A stretch of DNA of 64,000 nucleotides from Tubiluchus corallicola (lineage: Eukaryota; Animalia; Priapulida): assembly GCA_030141605.1 (NCBI GenBank), contig JAQGDQ010000055.1, positions 558,001 to 622,000 on the forward strand, read 5' to 3'. The notes under the pieces are model-generated. The model did not search any database, was not told the origin of the DNA, and saw only the letters and a list, made by a program, of their open reading frames with translations. This document shows, piece by piece, positions 26,301 through 36,319 of this stretch (position 1 is its first letter; every line of letters begins with the position of its first letter). A program made the translations under genes and the position numbers.

Positions 26301-29001
26301 AAATCGTCCTGTTTCCTTTATTGTTTCTAAAACAGTTGCAAGTTGATCCAGTGTACAAAAATAGCATATATAGTCAGTCCATTCTTATACTGGTAATTCC
26401 TTGGCTGGATGACAATTGTGATGGTACTGATATTCTTGATGATGTCGGAGTTCTGTTAATAATGGGTCATGTACAGGTTATATAGTAGAGGTCATGGCTG
26501 AAAATACGACAGGCCAAATTGTGGAAGACTGACAACTTGGAAAAACATGAACCGATAATGACTGCTTTGACTCTTGCTCTCTCAATGAACTCGCTCTTAG
26601 CTAATTGTTTGTCTCGCTTGACGTTGGGTGACATTCAAGAATGGGCAAATGCTGAAAGACTTGACCTGGCTAAAGAAACAGCAATTCTTCGAAGCGAGTT
26701 ACATATCTATACTCTTATATTAATATTCTTGGTATGGGCATTATATATATATAAGATTCGAGGCTACAACCCGGACGAGGGCACCATTTGCGGCGATCTA
26801 TATATCAAACGAAAGGTCTCGATCTAGTGTCTTCTCATTGATGGTTTATTTTTCGAATCGGGCCCACCGCGAGGAAGGGGAGGCGAAAAACCTCGAAAAA
26901 TGGCCATTTTTCGGCCGTTTTTTGCAAAAGTTATACGGCTGAGATGTAGAGAACGGGAATGGGCCGAGGGGGGTACTGGGTATGGATAAATAGCCCGTTC
27001 AGCGGTGGGTGTAGTAGGCATATTTAGAATTCCCGAGAGGGCCAGGGCGCCCCGCAACGGGCGTTTTCCCGGACCCAGCTCGCGATTTTTTCGAAATTTT
27101 GGCCAAACAGCCTGCGGGAAAAACGTTCTAGCGGCGCCCGGTGGGACTCTCGGAAGGAGATATGGGGCTCTTTACAAAGAGGAAGAACGAGGCTACACGA
27201 TGATGTGGGCTATATGTTAGGGCAGGTCCACCGAGAGGAGTATTGGCGAGTTAATTAGGAGTTCTATTTTCGGCAATTTTCGCTTAGAAAACTGTTGACG
27301 CAAAGGCATTGTTGTGACGTCATCCATTGTACTCTGCTGTAATCTTATAACTTTAATTCAGCAAAAAGCTGCCTGCTACGGGTTTGCGTTAGTTAAACAA
27401 ACGGTAGGCAGGATGTTACGGGCGTTGTGTTATAAATGAGGACTGTGTAGGACGTTCGCGTATTATTGATTACACGTGGATTTTTATGCAAAATCTTTTG
27501 CGGGGCCTTTCCTATTTATTATATTATAGCACAAAGTTTCAACTTTGTGAAAAATGTTTGGAATGGTTTTGTTGCAATGCTGTGCTGTTGGTGCTTGTGC
27601 TATAGGTGTCGTCATCGTTGCCACCACCATCATCATCATCATCAACATCACGATCACCACGTGAGGTGGTGGATTTGATGTGGTGTGGTGGTGGTGTGCT
27701 TTGTGTGTTGTGCTATGGATGGTGTGGTGGGGTGGTAGGGTGTGTGGGGTGTGGTGTGGGTAGTGTGGTATGGAGTGGGTGGCGTGGTGTGTGGGTGGGC
27801 GGGTGTTGTGGTGCAGTGTGGTGTGATGTGGTGGAGTATTATGGTGTGGGTGGTGCGGTGTGGTGCAGTGCAGTGGTATGGTGTGGTGCAGTGTGGTGTG
27901 ATGTGGTGTGTGGGTGGTGCGGTGTGCTGCAGTGGTATGGTGTGGTGCGGTGTGGTGTGATGTGGTGGAGTGGTATGGTATGGGTGGTGTGGTGTGTAGG
28001 TGGGTGGGTGGTGTGGTGCAGTGTGGTGTTATGGTGTGGTGCTGTGCAGTGTGATGTGGTGGAGTCGTATGGTGTGTGTGGGTGGTGTGGTGTGTGGGTG
28101 GTGCGGTGTGGTGCAGTGTGGTGTGATGTGGTGGAGTGGTATGGTGTGGGTGGTGTGGTGTGTAGGTGGGTGGGTGGTGTGGTGTGGTGCAGTGTGGTGT
28201 TATGGTGTGGTGCTGTGCGGTGTGATGTGGTGGAGTATTATGGTGTGGGTGGTGTGGTGTGTGGGTGGTGCAGTGTGGTGTGATGTGGTGGAGTGGTATG
28301 GTGTGGGTGGTGTGGTGTGTAGGTGGTATGGTGTGGTGCAGTGTGGTGCGATGAGGTGGAGTGGTATGGTGTGGTGCAGTGTGGTGTGATGAGGTGGAGT
28401 GGTGTGGTGTGGGTTGTGTGTTGATTTGTGCACAAAATTCTTTTTGTGGGGTTTGGCTAGTTGTTAATTAATCCTACTCTCGAACCACGCCTAATTCCTC
28501 AAGAAACCTTCGAATTTTATGGAATAGCTTTTACTGGACTGCGTTTACAATTACATCGTTAGAGAATTGAAACAGGACAGTGAAGCCGCTAACCTCGAGA
28601 ACAAAGATTACGCCCATATGGAGCCATACAAACGGAAGAACATATATTAATGAGCTGTCCTCAAATTGATCACTTAAAAAGGCAGTTCACCGATGTAGAC
28701 TTCGAACCATTACTTCAATACTGTCTTCCAAATAAGCATTTAAAATTTATCTTCTTTTGAAAGTGTTTGAATAGTGTGTGTATACATATTTAAGTTAAAT
28801 TACCTTGGGTGAATTAATAGTTTAATAGTGGAGCTGTGTTGGATGTCGTGTATTATAGTGTATTGTGTTGTAATGTATTGTGTTGTAACTTTGTAAACTC
28901 TGTGGACTAATTCTATGTTACCCCACTATTGCAAAATATATGTTATGTTGTAAAAAATAGTCAGTAAAAAACTACTACTGCTGCTGCTGCTGCTGATACT
29001 A

Positions 29002-29042
<41 letters not shown>

Positions 29043-29070
29043 ACTGCTACTGCTACTGCTACTGCTACTG

Positions 29071-29106
<36 letters not shown>

Positions 29107-29390
29107 CCACTACTACTACTACCACTACCACTACCACTACCACTACCACTACCACTACCACTACCACTACTACTACTACTATCCCTAATTCTGGTTTACA
29201 ATTATCAACACTGTTTTTATGCAGGAATGGTGCAGTGATGATGTTGATAAACATTGACGTACAAAATGGAGGCATGACACTAAACGAAGATTTCCTCGTC
29301 GACTTTGGTAAAGAACCAGATGGTCCGGCACTGGCACATGAAATGCGCTATCCAAACGGAGATTGTAGTTCTGACATATTTCTTGCCTAG
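13488..29390 (+). CDS. SELENBP1: Methanethiol oxidase / selenium-binding protein 1, 10 exons, 478 aa
   Basis: Exons 13488-13515, 14750-14913, 15572-15757, 16306-16423, 17695-17874, 19325-19506, 22205-22283, 23424-23545, 25450-25661 and 29225-29390. All are GT-AG and phase-consistent (1437 nt). Motifs: [100 protein letters not shown]. Exon 1 is the least certain. Confidence 0.95.
14130..14640 (+). mobile_element. 3' end remnant of a LINE in SELENBP1 intron 1
   Basis: Translates [38 protein letters not shown], resembling a LINE ORF2 C-terminus. Followed by (TA)n and a tail of AATAAA/(TAAA)n. Confidence 0.5.
15365..15525. repeat. (CACT)n/(TACT)n microsatellite in SELENBP1 intron 2
   Basis: Seen directly. 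It explains the spurious ORF 15360-15554. Confidence 0.9.
17967..18645. mobile_element. Kolobok-type MITE family B, copy 1
   Basis: CTAA-AGCACAAAAAAACC..TTTCTCGTCCT-TTGA, colinear with 21329-22000. Confidence 0.85.
19878..20321. mobile_element. Kolobok-type MITE family A, internally deleted copy
   Basis: TTAA-AGGAAGACAGG ... CCGGTTTTACT-TTAA. It lacks roughly 180 bp of the centre relative to 35108-35735. Confidence 0.88.
21329..22000. mobile_element. Kolobok-type MITE family B, copy 2
   Basis: TTAA-AGCACAAGAAAACCC ... CTTTTGTGTCCT-TTAA, with an intact TTAA TSD. Confidence 0.9.
24505..25090. mobile_element. Two Penelope-like (GIY-YIG) 3' fragments in inverted orientation
   Basis: Minus arm: [34 protein letters not shown]. 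Plus arm: [27 protein letters not shown]. The two arms align with each other around an axis near 24815. Confidence 0.65.
24993..25220. repeat. 118-bp tandem duplication
   Basis: agccccatctagtggcgac starts at both 24993 and 25111, and the downstream sequence is also shared. Confidence 0.88.
25705..26321. mobile_element. Kolobok-type MITE family A, near full-length copy
   Basis: TTAA-AGGAATACCGG ... CCTGTTTCCT-TTAT, colinear with the other family-A copies. Confidence 0.85.
26706..28460 (+). mobile_element. Non-autonomous Helitron-like element containing a (GTGTG)n tract
   Basis: 5' junction A|TCTATACTCTTATATTAATA. 3' hairpin CACAAAA-ttct-TTTTGTG followed by GGGTTTGG-CTAG|T (CTAG at 28457-60). 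No TSD, GC-rich interior. Confidence 0.6.
27678..28420. repeat. Degenerate (GTGTG/GTG)n tract with higher-order subrepeats
   Basis: Seen directly. It explains the V/W/C/G-rich and H/T/P-rich ORFs. Confidence 0.92.
28540..28700 (+). mobile_element. LINE C-terminal zinc-knuckle remnant
   Basis: [37 protein letters not shown] matches the LINE ORF2 tail pattern LxIETGRW..PRE.RLC.CG..QTEEH.L..CP. Confidence 0.6.
28971..29180. repeat. Compound trinucleotide repeat (CTG)/(CTA)/(CCA)
   Basis: Seen directly. It ends about 45 nt upstream of the last SELENBP1 acceptor. Confidence 0.93.
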
Positions 29391-31483
29391 AAATGACACA
29401 ATTTTAACAAAATTGTGTTCCTTAATACGCTAATATAATAGTCAAGTAGAACTTGGCCAATGTTTTTGTTAAATTCATTTTCACCAGCAGAAGAATTATA
29501 CGAAGACCCTTAACGAATGAATGTTAAATTTAAAAGGAAAGGTCAAGCCTTCTGGGAAGTTAGGCTTGTTTCAATGTTTGCGAAAAATGTTAGAAGAATT
29601 TAATGATAAAAGTATATAAGCGCATTGTGTAATTAGTAAAATAACGTTAAGGTCATTTCACACTTGGGCGCTCCCATTTTGAACGCTCATTCTTCCACCA
29701 ATGAGAAAAGCAACGAACTGTAAATTTCCATAAAATGTATAACCAGTTTATGTGAAAAATTAAATAGCTAATTTGTGGGATTGTTGTAAAACATTAGGTA
29801 AGTTTCAGAAGTCTGAATTAGTTTAAGTAGCGCACGTTTACGGAAAGCCACGATGCGCTCAAAAAATCATGAAGTCCGCGTGTTACGTCACAATCTTCAA
29901 GTGAACGGCGGCAACCATCGCGCCTGAAAATTTCTATACGGGGTAGTATAAATTAAATTTATGGTTTACAGACAATTTTTTGCATTTTTTTGTTATATAT
30001 TTTCTGAGTTTAAGTGATAAGAGTAACCTGCTAAGTGACTTGTCGGTTCCTTTAAGTCTGTAACTTTGTAAATGTTTTGGCAAGCAGTTTTCATTTTATT
30101 CTCTTGTTCTAAAACTGTACAGTTGTATGTTGTATGCATGTATCTGATACTTGATATGACAATATAACAATAAGACAATTTCACATATCTGAATTTGTCT
30201 TATGAATTTACTATTAAGATGCATGAATCTGTTGCAGTAAGATAACTGTCTATGCAAAAATACTGTACATTTATCGGTATTGATTAATGTTAATCTAAGA
30301 TGCAGTGGCTCCAGCAAATATTGTTTATTTCCAAACGAATTAATCACGTGGCTAATGAGGCGAGTAACGTTTAACGTAGTAGTCATTTCGTAGCTGTACA
30401 AAACCTAATTTATAAATGTTTTCTAACAAATGTTACATAAATTTTTCCCAACATTACCTTATCGAGCAAACTCTTTTATAGTTTTGATTGGCTGGCCTCA
30501 TTTATTTGTAAGCATTTCTTAAAATACTTGTCCATGAAATCCAGGCATGCCAGGTATGCTGAGGTAATACAAGGCCTATTACAATATATTAGCGGACCTA
30601 GTAGTTTTCAGGTTGATCATTTGACTAGCCATGTTTTGCATCCATCCGTTCAGATAACAAAGATCCTTATTTTCAATGGCTCTGCTTCATTATTGGAAAA
30701 TTTCTCCCCTTCTATTTCTTCCTTTCTTCTCTTCTGTGCTCGTTTTTTAAATTCCTATTTGCATTTCTTTATTCTGCGAAGACTTCTTTGTAACACGTCG
30801 AGAGTAGCGCTCCAGGTAATATATAATGCTTAGCATGATTTGCTGCACTGATATTGTTGACTTGTATGCTTTTTCACCTATTGTTGTAAAACAGTACCAT
30901 AAGTGCGGACACGTATGAATAGATGGATGATCTGAATTTGTGCCAATTGCTTCATAATAGATATCATTCATTAATGCAATAGCCAGTACAATGGTAAATT
31001 GACGCAGAATTTTGTCTGTTTACACTCGCATTGATTTTATGGGCCTATTTCAACTCACTAGTGGTAGACGACAGTAATATAGTTCGGTAATTCAACGGGC
31101 ACGGTGAGCCAGACCTCCGTAATGTGTTATGCATTATCCACCTGCTCAATGGGAAACAGATGCAGAAAAAAATAACGCATGATGTAGATCTGATAAACGG
31201 GGCATTGAAAACAATATAAACCGATTTTATTCATTGCACATCCGCATTCCGGATGTCTGGTAAACGCCGCTAAGTTTGTTGAAGGGTTGCTAAAGCGATC
31301 TCAAGTTTTAATGTTGGTAAAATTTATTTCATTGATATTACAACATTAAATATAAAGTTCATGATCAATATACAATGTACTATGTATAGGTGGTATGTAT
31401 AAAACTATCGTCTATACAATAAATGCTAACTTGTTATCGTCTCTCACTTTCTGCTCGTATTTTTTTCGATGGCTGAAACGTTG

Positions 31484-32018
31484 AAAAGGAAAACCGGTCT
31501 ATGTTAAACTGTGTACGTGAAAGAATTGTTATCACAGATTGGTAATTTCACGCCACTAGTTGTTCACTGTTACATGCAATTCGCCATTCGCTGGTTAGAT
31601 GGGCACTAGCGCCCGCATCACGGAAATGCGTTGCACAAAAAAAACAATTGCTGTACCTCTCACTTCGGTGGTGTTCAGTTGTGACACAGTGCACACGTTC
31701 TAAAGTTCATACTTGAGCACAGCGGTAAACTTGAAATTTGAATTTTAAACTTAAAATTTGTCCAGTTTTTGTATATTACAGTGAATGTTGTACAATTGCA
31801 CTGTACTTCTATTTTTGCTTTCGCAAGCACGTGCAACCTGTTCGCGGAATGTATGTGCTGTTGAAAATTTTCTTCGGTTATGATGTCATTAATAGTTGGA
31901 CTTGCCCGCCTTTAATTAAGATTTTACCTATTATTTAATTACCAGAACCGTTTTAGCATTATTATGGGGTCTTAAACTGAGCACTTTTACCATACTTCAA
32001 AATCATGTTTGCCTTTAA
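31484..32018. mobile_element. Kolobok-type MITE family A, diverged and deleted copy
   Basis: AGGAAAACCGG ... CATGTTTGCCT-TTAA, with an interior colinear with 25705-26321. Confidence 0.8.
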
Positions 32019-32235
32019 GTTTCGGTAGAAGCAGCGTTTTCAGTCAACGTATTTCATTACACGCACAACGTTGGTAATTATTTAAGAGTTAAGATTAAAC
32101 TTGCTAGGAATGTTACAATATTATTCAGTAACTGAAGTCATAAATAGACCAGAGAAAGACAATTGGCTGTTCTTTCTCTACAGCCGTTAATTTCAAGAAG
32201 CTGCATATTTGGAGGTTTCACAACAATGCTTTACA

Positions 32236-34317
32236 TCATGTTTGTAATATACTCTGATGGATAAATTGAACCCGAGGTTGTGCATAATCTAATTCAAAAA
32301 TAACGATCACGTTGTCTCCTTCTCGAAGACTAGAAGCTGGTACATATAGCGTCTTTTGTGGACCTACAGTATCCCAGTATCTTCCCAGGTTAAAGTCATT
32401 AATAAATATGATTCCCTTTCCCCAACCTTCAACACGAATGTAAGTGTCACTAGGCTGCTCTTTAATATTGAGCACCCCTTTAAAAACTGATGGTCCCTCT
32501 AGAGCGTTACCTTCCTTTGCGGATTCATCCAAACTAAACCAGCCAAGTTTTGATAAGTCTGTCATGAACTGCTTATTAAACTCAACAGGATACATCTCCC
32601 AGTTGACAAGTTTTTCAGTATTGTGCCACAAGTTTCCTACAATACCTTTACGCTGGTTGTCTAAATGTACAAATTCCGGCGCTGCAAAACCATACTGGAA
32701 ATTAACCCTGCCCAAGTTTTCTACTAGCATTTCTAGCGTCACTGAGAACGGTTTCTTGCGTTTGTCGGTCGGCAAAAGAACCTCGTAATTTTCGTCTGTC
32801 CAGTCTATTTTCCGTTGCAGTATTCTTTGACTATTCTTGTACAGTGATATATGTGCTCTGTCTCGCACACGGCCCTCTAGCATTATTTTACCACCTGTTG
32901 ATTGAAAGGTGTTCCTGTAAAATATATACCCGTATCCTTGACCAGCACCATCATTGCAATCAAGCAATTCCATTGGAATGATTTCATAGTGTTTCTCCAT
33001 CTTAATAAGGTCTAGCATGCGTTCTAGTGTCAGGTAACTGACTATATCCACCCGCCCGTAACTCTTCTTTTCTATTGGTGCTGGTGGGCTTGGTAGAGCT
33101 TTCGGAACGCCTGGAGCCAAGTCTTGCAGTAACTGCCTGGTGTGCGAGTATTTAGGAGTGAGATCGCCAGACTCGCTTATTGGAGCATCGTAATCATAGC
33201 TGGTGATTGTTGGTAGATAGTAAGGCACTTGCTCTTGTCCATTGGCTCCATTCATGAATCCAAAGTTCGTTCCACCGTGAAACATGTACAAGTTCATGGA
33301 TGCACCGTGATCAAGAATGGATCGTACTTTGTGCTTGTACTCATCGATAGAGAGTAGATGATGTTTTTCACCCCAGTGATCGAACCAACCCGACCAGAAT
33401 TCCATCACCATCAATGGCCGGTTTGGCTGAAATTCTTGGAGGGTCTTCAACTTTGAACTGATGCGATTTTGAAAATTGGCAGTTGCAAAAACACCCGGGA
33501 TGCTGCCCCCATTTTCCAAATAATCTGGCCCATCTGATGTGAACAGAAGTTCCACAATGCCATACCTTTCTATTGTTTCTTTCACTAGCAGGGGATATTC
33601 TTTATCAATGCCATATGAACCATATTCGTTTTCAATCTGTACAGCGATTACTGATCCACCCTGGGTAAACTGAAACTCTCTGACAACAGTCAGAAGCTGT
33701 TCAAAATACTTATCTACTGCGTCAATATAAGGCTTGTATGAAGTTCTCACTTTCATGTTAGGATCACGCAATAACCAATAGGGCAAACCACCAAATTCCC
33801 ACTCAGCACAGATATATGGACCAGGTCGAAGTATGACGAATAAACCAATTCTCTGTGCTAGTGACAAGAAATGCCCAATGTCTAACTCATCGGCAAAATT
33901 ATACTGACCAGGTAGCTGCTCGTGTAGGTTCCATGGCACGTACGTCTCTACTGTATTAAGTCCACATGCTTTGAGTTTGAGCAGCCTGTCCTCCCAGTAA
34001 ATACGAGGAACACGAAAATAGTGTATAGCACCGCTTAGTATGAGAATGTTTTTGCCGTTCAACGTGAAATATTTACCTTCAGCTTCTAAGCCTTTCTTTA
34101 TTCCACCAGGCGGGGCGTAGAATTCGTACAAATCAGAGGGTCTTGGAATGTCTCTGTGAAACATGGTAATGAAGCTGCTTGGCGGTGACATTGAAGGCAT
34201 TAAATAATACGCGAATCCCAGGATAAAAACCACAACAAGGGATATTCTCCACACATGAACGCGTCGCAAAGAAATCACGTTCGCCATCGGTTTAAATGAA
34301 CGCCGTGGACTTTGCAT
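32236..34317 (-). CDS. GH35 beta-galactosidase-like protein (GLB1L2/GLB1L3-like), type II membrane anchor, single coding exon, 693 aa
   Basis: Uninterrupted ORF with SGAIHYFRVP, GLNTVETYVPWNLHE, LRPGPYICAEWEFGGLP, the acid/base motif QIENEYG, the nucleophile motif MEFWSGWFDHWG, YMFHGGTNFG, TSYDYDAP and GPQKTLYVP. N-terminal hydrophobic segment ISLVVVFILGFAYYLM. Confidence 0.96.
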   Translation of the reverse strand: MQSPRRSFKPMANVISLRRVHVWRISLVVVFILGFAYYLMPSMSPPSSFITMFHRDIPRPSDLYEFYAPPGGIKKGLEAEGKYFTLNGKNILILSGAIHYFRVPRIYWEDRLLKLKACGLNTVETYVPWNLHEQLPGQYNFADELDIGHFLSLAQRIGLFVILRPGPYICAEWEFGGLPYWLLRDPNMKVRTSYKPYIDAVDKYFEQLLTVVREFQFTQGGSVIAVQIENEYGSYGIDKEYPLLVKETIERYGIVELLFTSDGPDYLENGGSIPGVFATANFQNRISSKLKTLQEFQPNRPLMVMEFWSGWFDHWGEKHHLLSIDEYKHKVRSILDHGASMNLYMFHGGTNFGFMNGANGQEQVPYYLPTITSYDYDAPISESGDLTPKYSHTRQLLQDLAPGVPKALPSPPAPIEKKSYGRVDIVSYLTLERMLDLIKMEKHYEIIPMELLDCNDGAGQGYGYIFYRNTFQSTGGKIMLEGRVRDRAHISLYKNSQRILQRKIDWTDENYEVLLPTDKRKKPFSVTLEMLVENLGRVNFQYGFAAPEFVHLDNQRKGIVGNLWHNTEKLVNWEMYPVEFNKQFMTDLSKLGWFSLDESAKEGNALEGPSVFKGVLNIKEQPSDTYIRVEGWGKGIIFINDFNLGRYWDTVGPQKTLYVPASSLREGDNVIVIFELDYAQPRVQFIHQSILQT

Positions 34318-35000
34318 TATATCCTGTTTGTTCCAACTACCGTTTGCTAGGTCACATACTGGCTCTGTAAAATCATGACGGTTACTGCTAGTGAATTAAG
34401 AAGCACGTTAATGATCTCACTTCAACCGTCATGTTTCACATTAGTTCTGCGTTCAGCTACGTCTTGTACATGTAGCCGAATGTAAATACTGTTTCAGCAA
34501 AATGCTAGTAAAGCATACAGAACTTTGACCCGATTCTGTGTAATATACGGTACTAAGTTCAAGGTTGGGCACGTATATGCTCAGCACTTGAGAGTGCGTG
34601 AATGCATTCCTGGTTGCTTTTGCCGTTTGTTTTTGCCCATTTTAGTCTATAGAAAATAACTCACTCTTGAAAAATCGTAGAGATCTGTCACACGTATTTA
34701 TAAAACAGGATCATTGTAGCTGTTAGGGGTATCACTTGTACCCTCCATCGTCGCACAAATTAGTGTGAAGTCGCTGAACCATTCTTTGGTTAACTAAATA
34801 TTCCAGGTTTTCCTTGTTTCTTTTTCGTTAGGTTTGGTTACTGATATTTAGGTATATTGAAGCACAATTTACTGAAAAACATAACAGCTAGCGTATATAT
34901 TGCATTACAACACACGTGCAGAGTCACACAACTTATGCATATGTGGTTATGTGAATGTGAACGACATTAAAGAAACTGCTCAGCAAATCGATAGATAATG

Positions 35001-35056
35001 ATTGGCTGCATCCTGGAGACCAAGACTATACGGCGCATGCGCAGTGCACATTGGCA
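35001..35056 (-). promoter_or_regulatory. Candidate promoter elements of the GH35 gene (NRF1-type palindrome flanked by CCAAT boxes)
   Basis: GCGCATGCGC at 35033-35042, with ATTGG at 35001 and 35050, about 700 bp upstream of the ATG. Confidence 0.4.
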
Positions 35057-35107
35057 ATTTCATAATATAATAGCCTACCAGACTAAACTGAATTTAATGA
35101 CACAAGT

Positions 35108-35735
35108 TCAAAGGAAAACAGGATGATTTTCATATGCTACCCCATTTTCAAGTCCGATAAAAAGTATACATTTTAACCCAATTAATGCAGCAAAAGCGTT
35201 TCTGTTAATTAAATAATAGATTAAAAACTTAATTAACGGTGGGCGAGCCCAACTGTTGATGACATCACAAACTAGCATAATTTTCAACATTAAAAAAGTT
35301 CCATTAGCGTGTTACACGTGTTTGCGAAAACGAAAATTTAAGTACAATGCTTCTGTAAGGTATTCAGTGTGTTGTACTAAAACTAGGCAAGTTTTAAGAT
35401 AAAAACTCAAATTTCAGATTCACCGCTGTGCTCACGCATGACCTGTAAACATGTGTAGTTTTCGTCACAAACTCACGCATCTGAACTGATAGGTACAGCA
35501 CCTGTTTTATGTACAATGCGTTTCCGAAATGCAGGCGCCAGTACCCGTTTAACTAGCAAATGGTGAAATGTATGTAACAGCGAAGAACTAGTTGCGTGAA
35601 CGTGAAATTGCGTTTGTGTGGTAATAATTCTTTCACGTAAGTCATTTTTGAGAAAAATAGTATGTTTCCTTTCAAAATTTTAAAGAGTAGATTGTTTTGA
35701 CCTACAGTTCAAGATTGTGTCCGGTTTTGCTTTAA
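35108..35735. mobile_element. Kolobok-type MITE family A, full-length copy (about 620 bp)
   Basis: TCAA-AGGAAAACAGG ... CCGGTTTTGCT-TTAA, with imperfect 11-bp TIRs. Confidence 0.9.
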
Positions 35736-36319
35736 ACAAAACAAGATTCTTTTTACATTGCAAACCGGAATTCAGTAAATGCTATATAGGGACAACTCAA
35801 AACTGAATGCTAATTCGGTAAGATGCGGTGCTTCAGTAACGGAGGCGTCTCAGCCACAAGTGGTAAAGCGAACAAAACTGTCCATACCAGATATCAAACC
35901 TCAAACCCAGGAGGTTATGAGTCATTCACGCGTTGGCATTGTATATAATAAATCTATAACAATCTATAACCTTGAAGCTCTTCTTGCTTATCGGTGCTAG
36001 AAGCTCGTTCCTGCTCGGGTCTCCGTCTGTTGATTCACACGCATCTTTCGCGGCATTGTCTGCTCTTCTTGTTTCTGCTTTTGCTTTATTTGTTCGCCCT
36101 ATTGCTTTCCTTATTGCTTGTTTTGCCTCTTCCACAGCAACTAAGCCTGCTAGAACTATCTCTAAAGTGGACGTGCCTGTAAGGCAAACTAATATACTCT
36201 TAGTGTGAAATCTGTTATAATTGGTGTCACCTAAAGTGCATCTCATTAACTGTGAATGAAGTCATAACTTTATATACAATGCAATAGTGATGATCCATTT
36301 TTGCTACCTTGTCCAAAAT

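Noticed and set aside
27606-28435. Cys/Trp/Val/Gly-rich and His/Thr/Pro-rich ORFs
   Set aside because: Translations of the (GTGTG)n tract, which is open in several frames.
28961-29275. Poly-Val/poly-Ala ORF on the minus strand
   Set aside because: Antisense read of the trinucleotide array and of SELENBP1 exon 10.
30450-30971. Purine-rich minus-strand stretch that looked like a decayed coding exon
   Set aside because: The frames I translated have multiple stops and no recognisable motif.
32444-32788. 114-aa plus-strand ORF
   Set aside because: Antisense shadow of the GH35 CDS.
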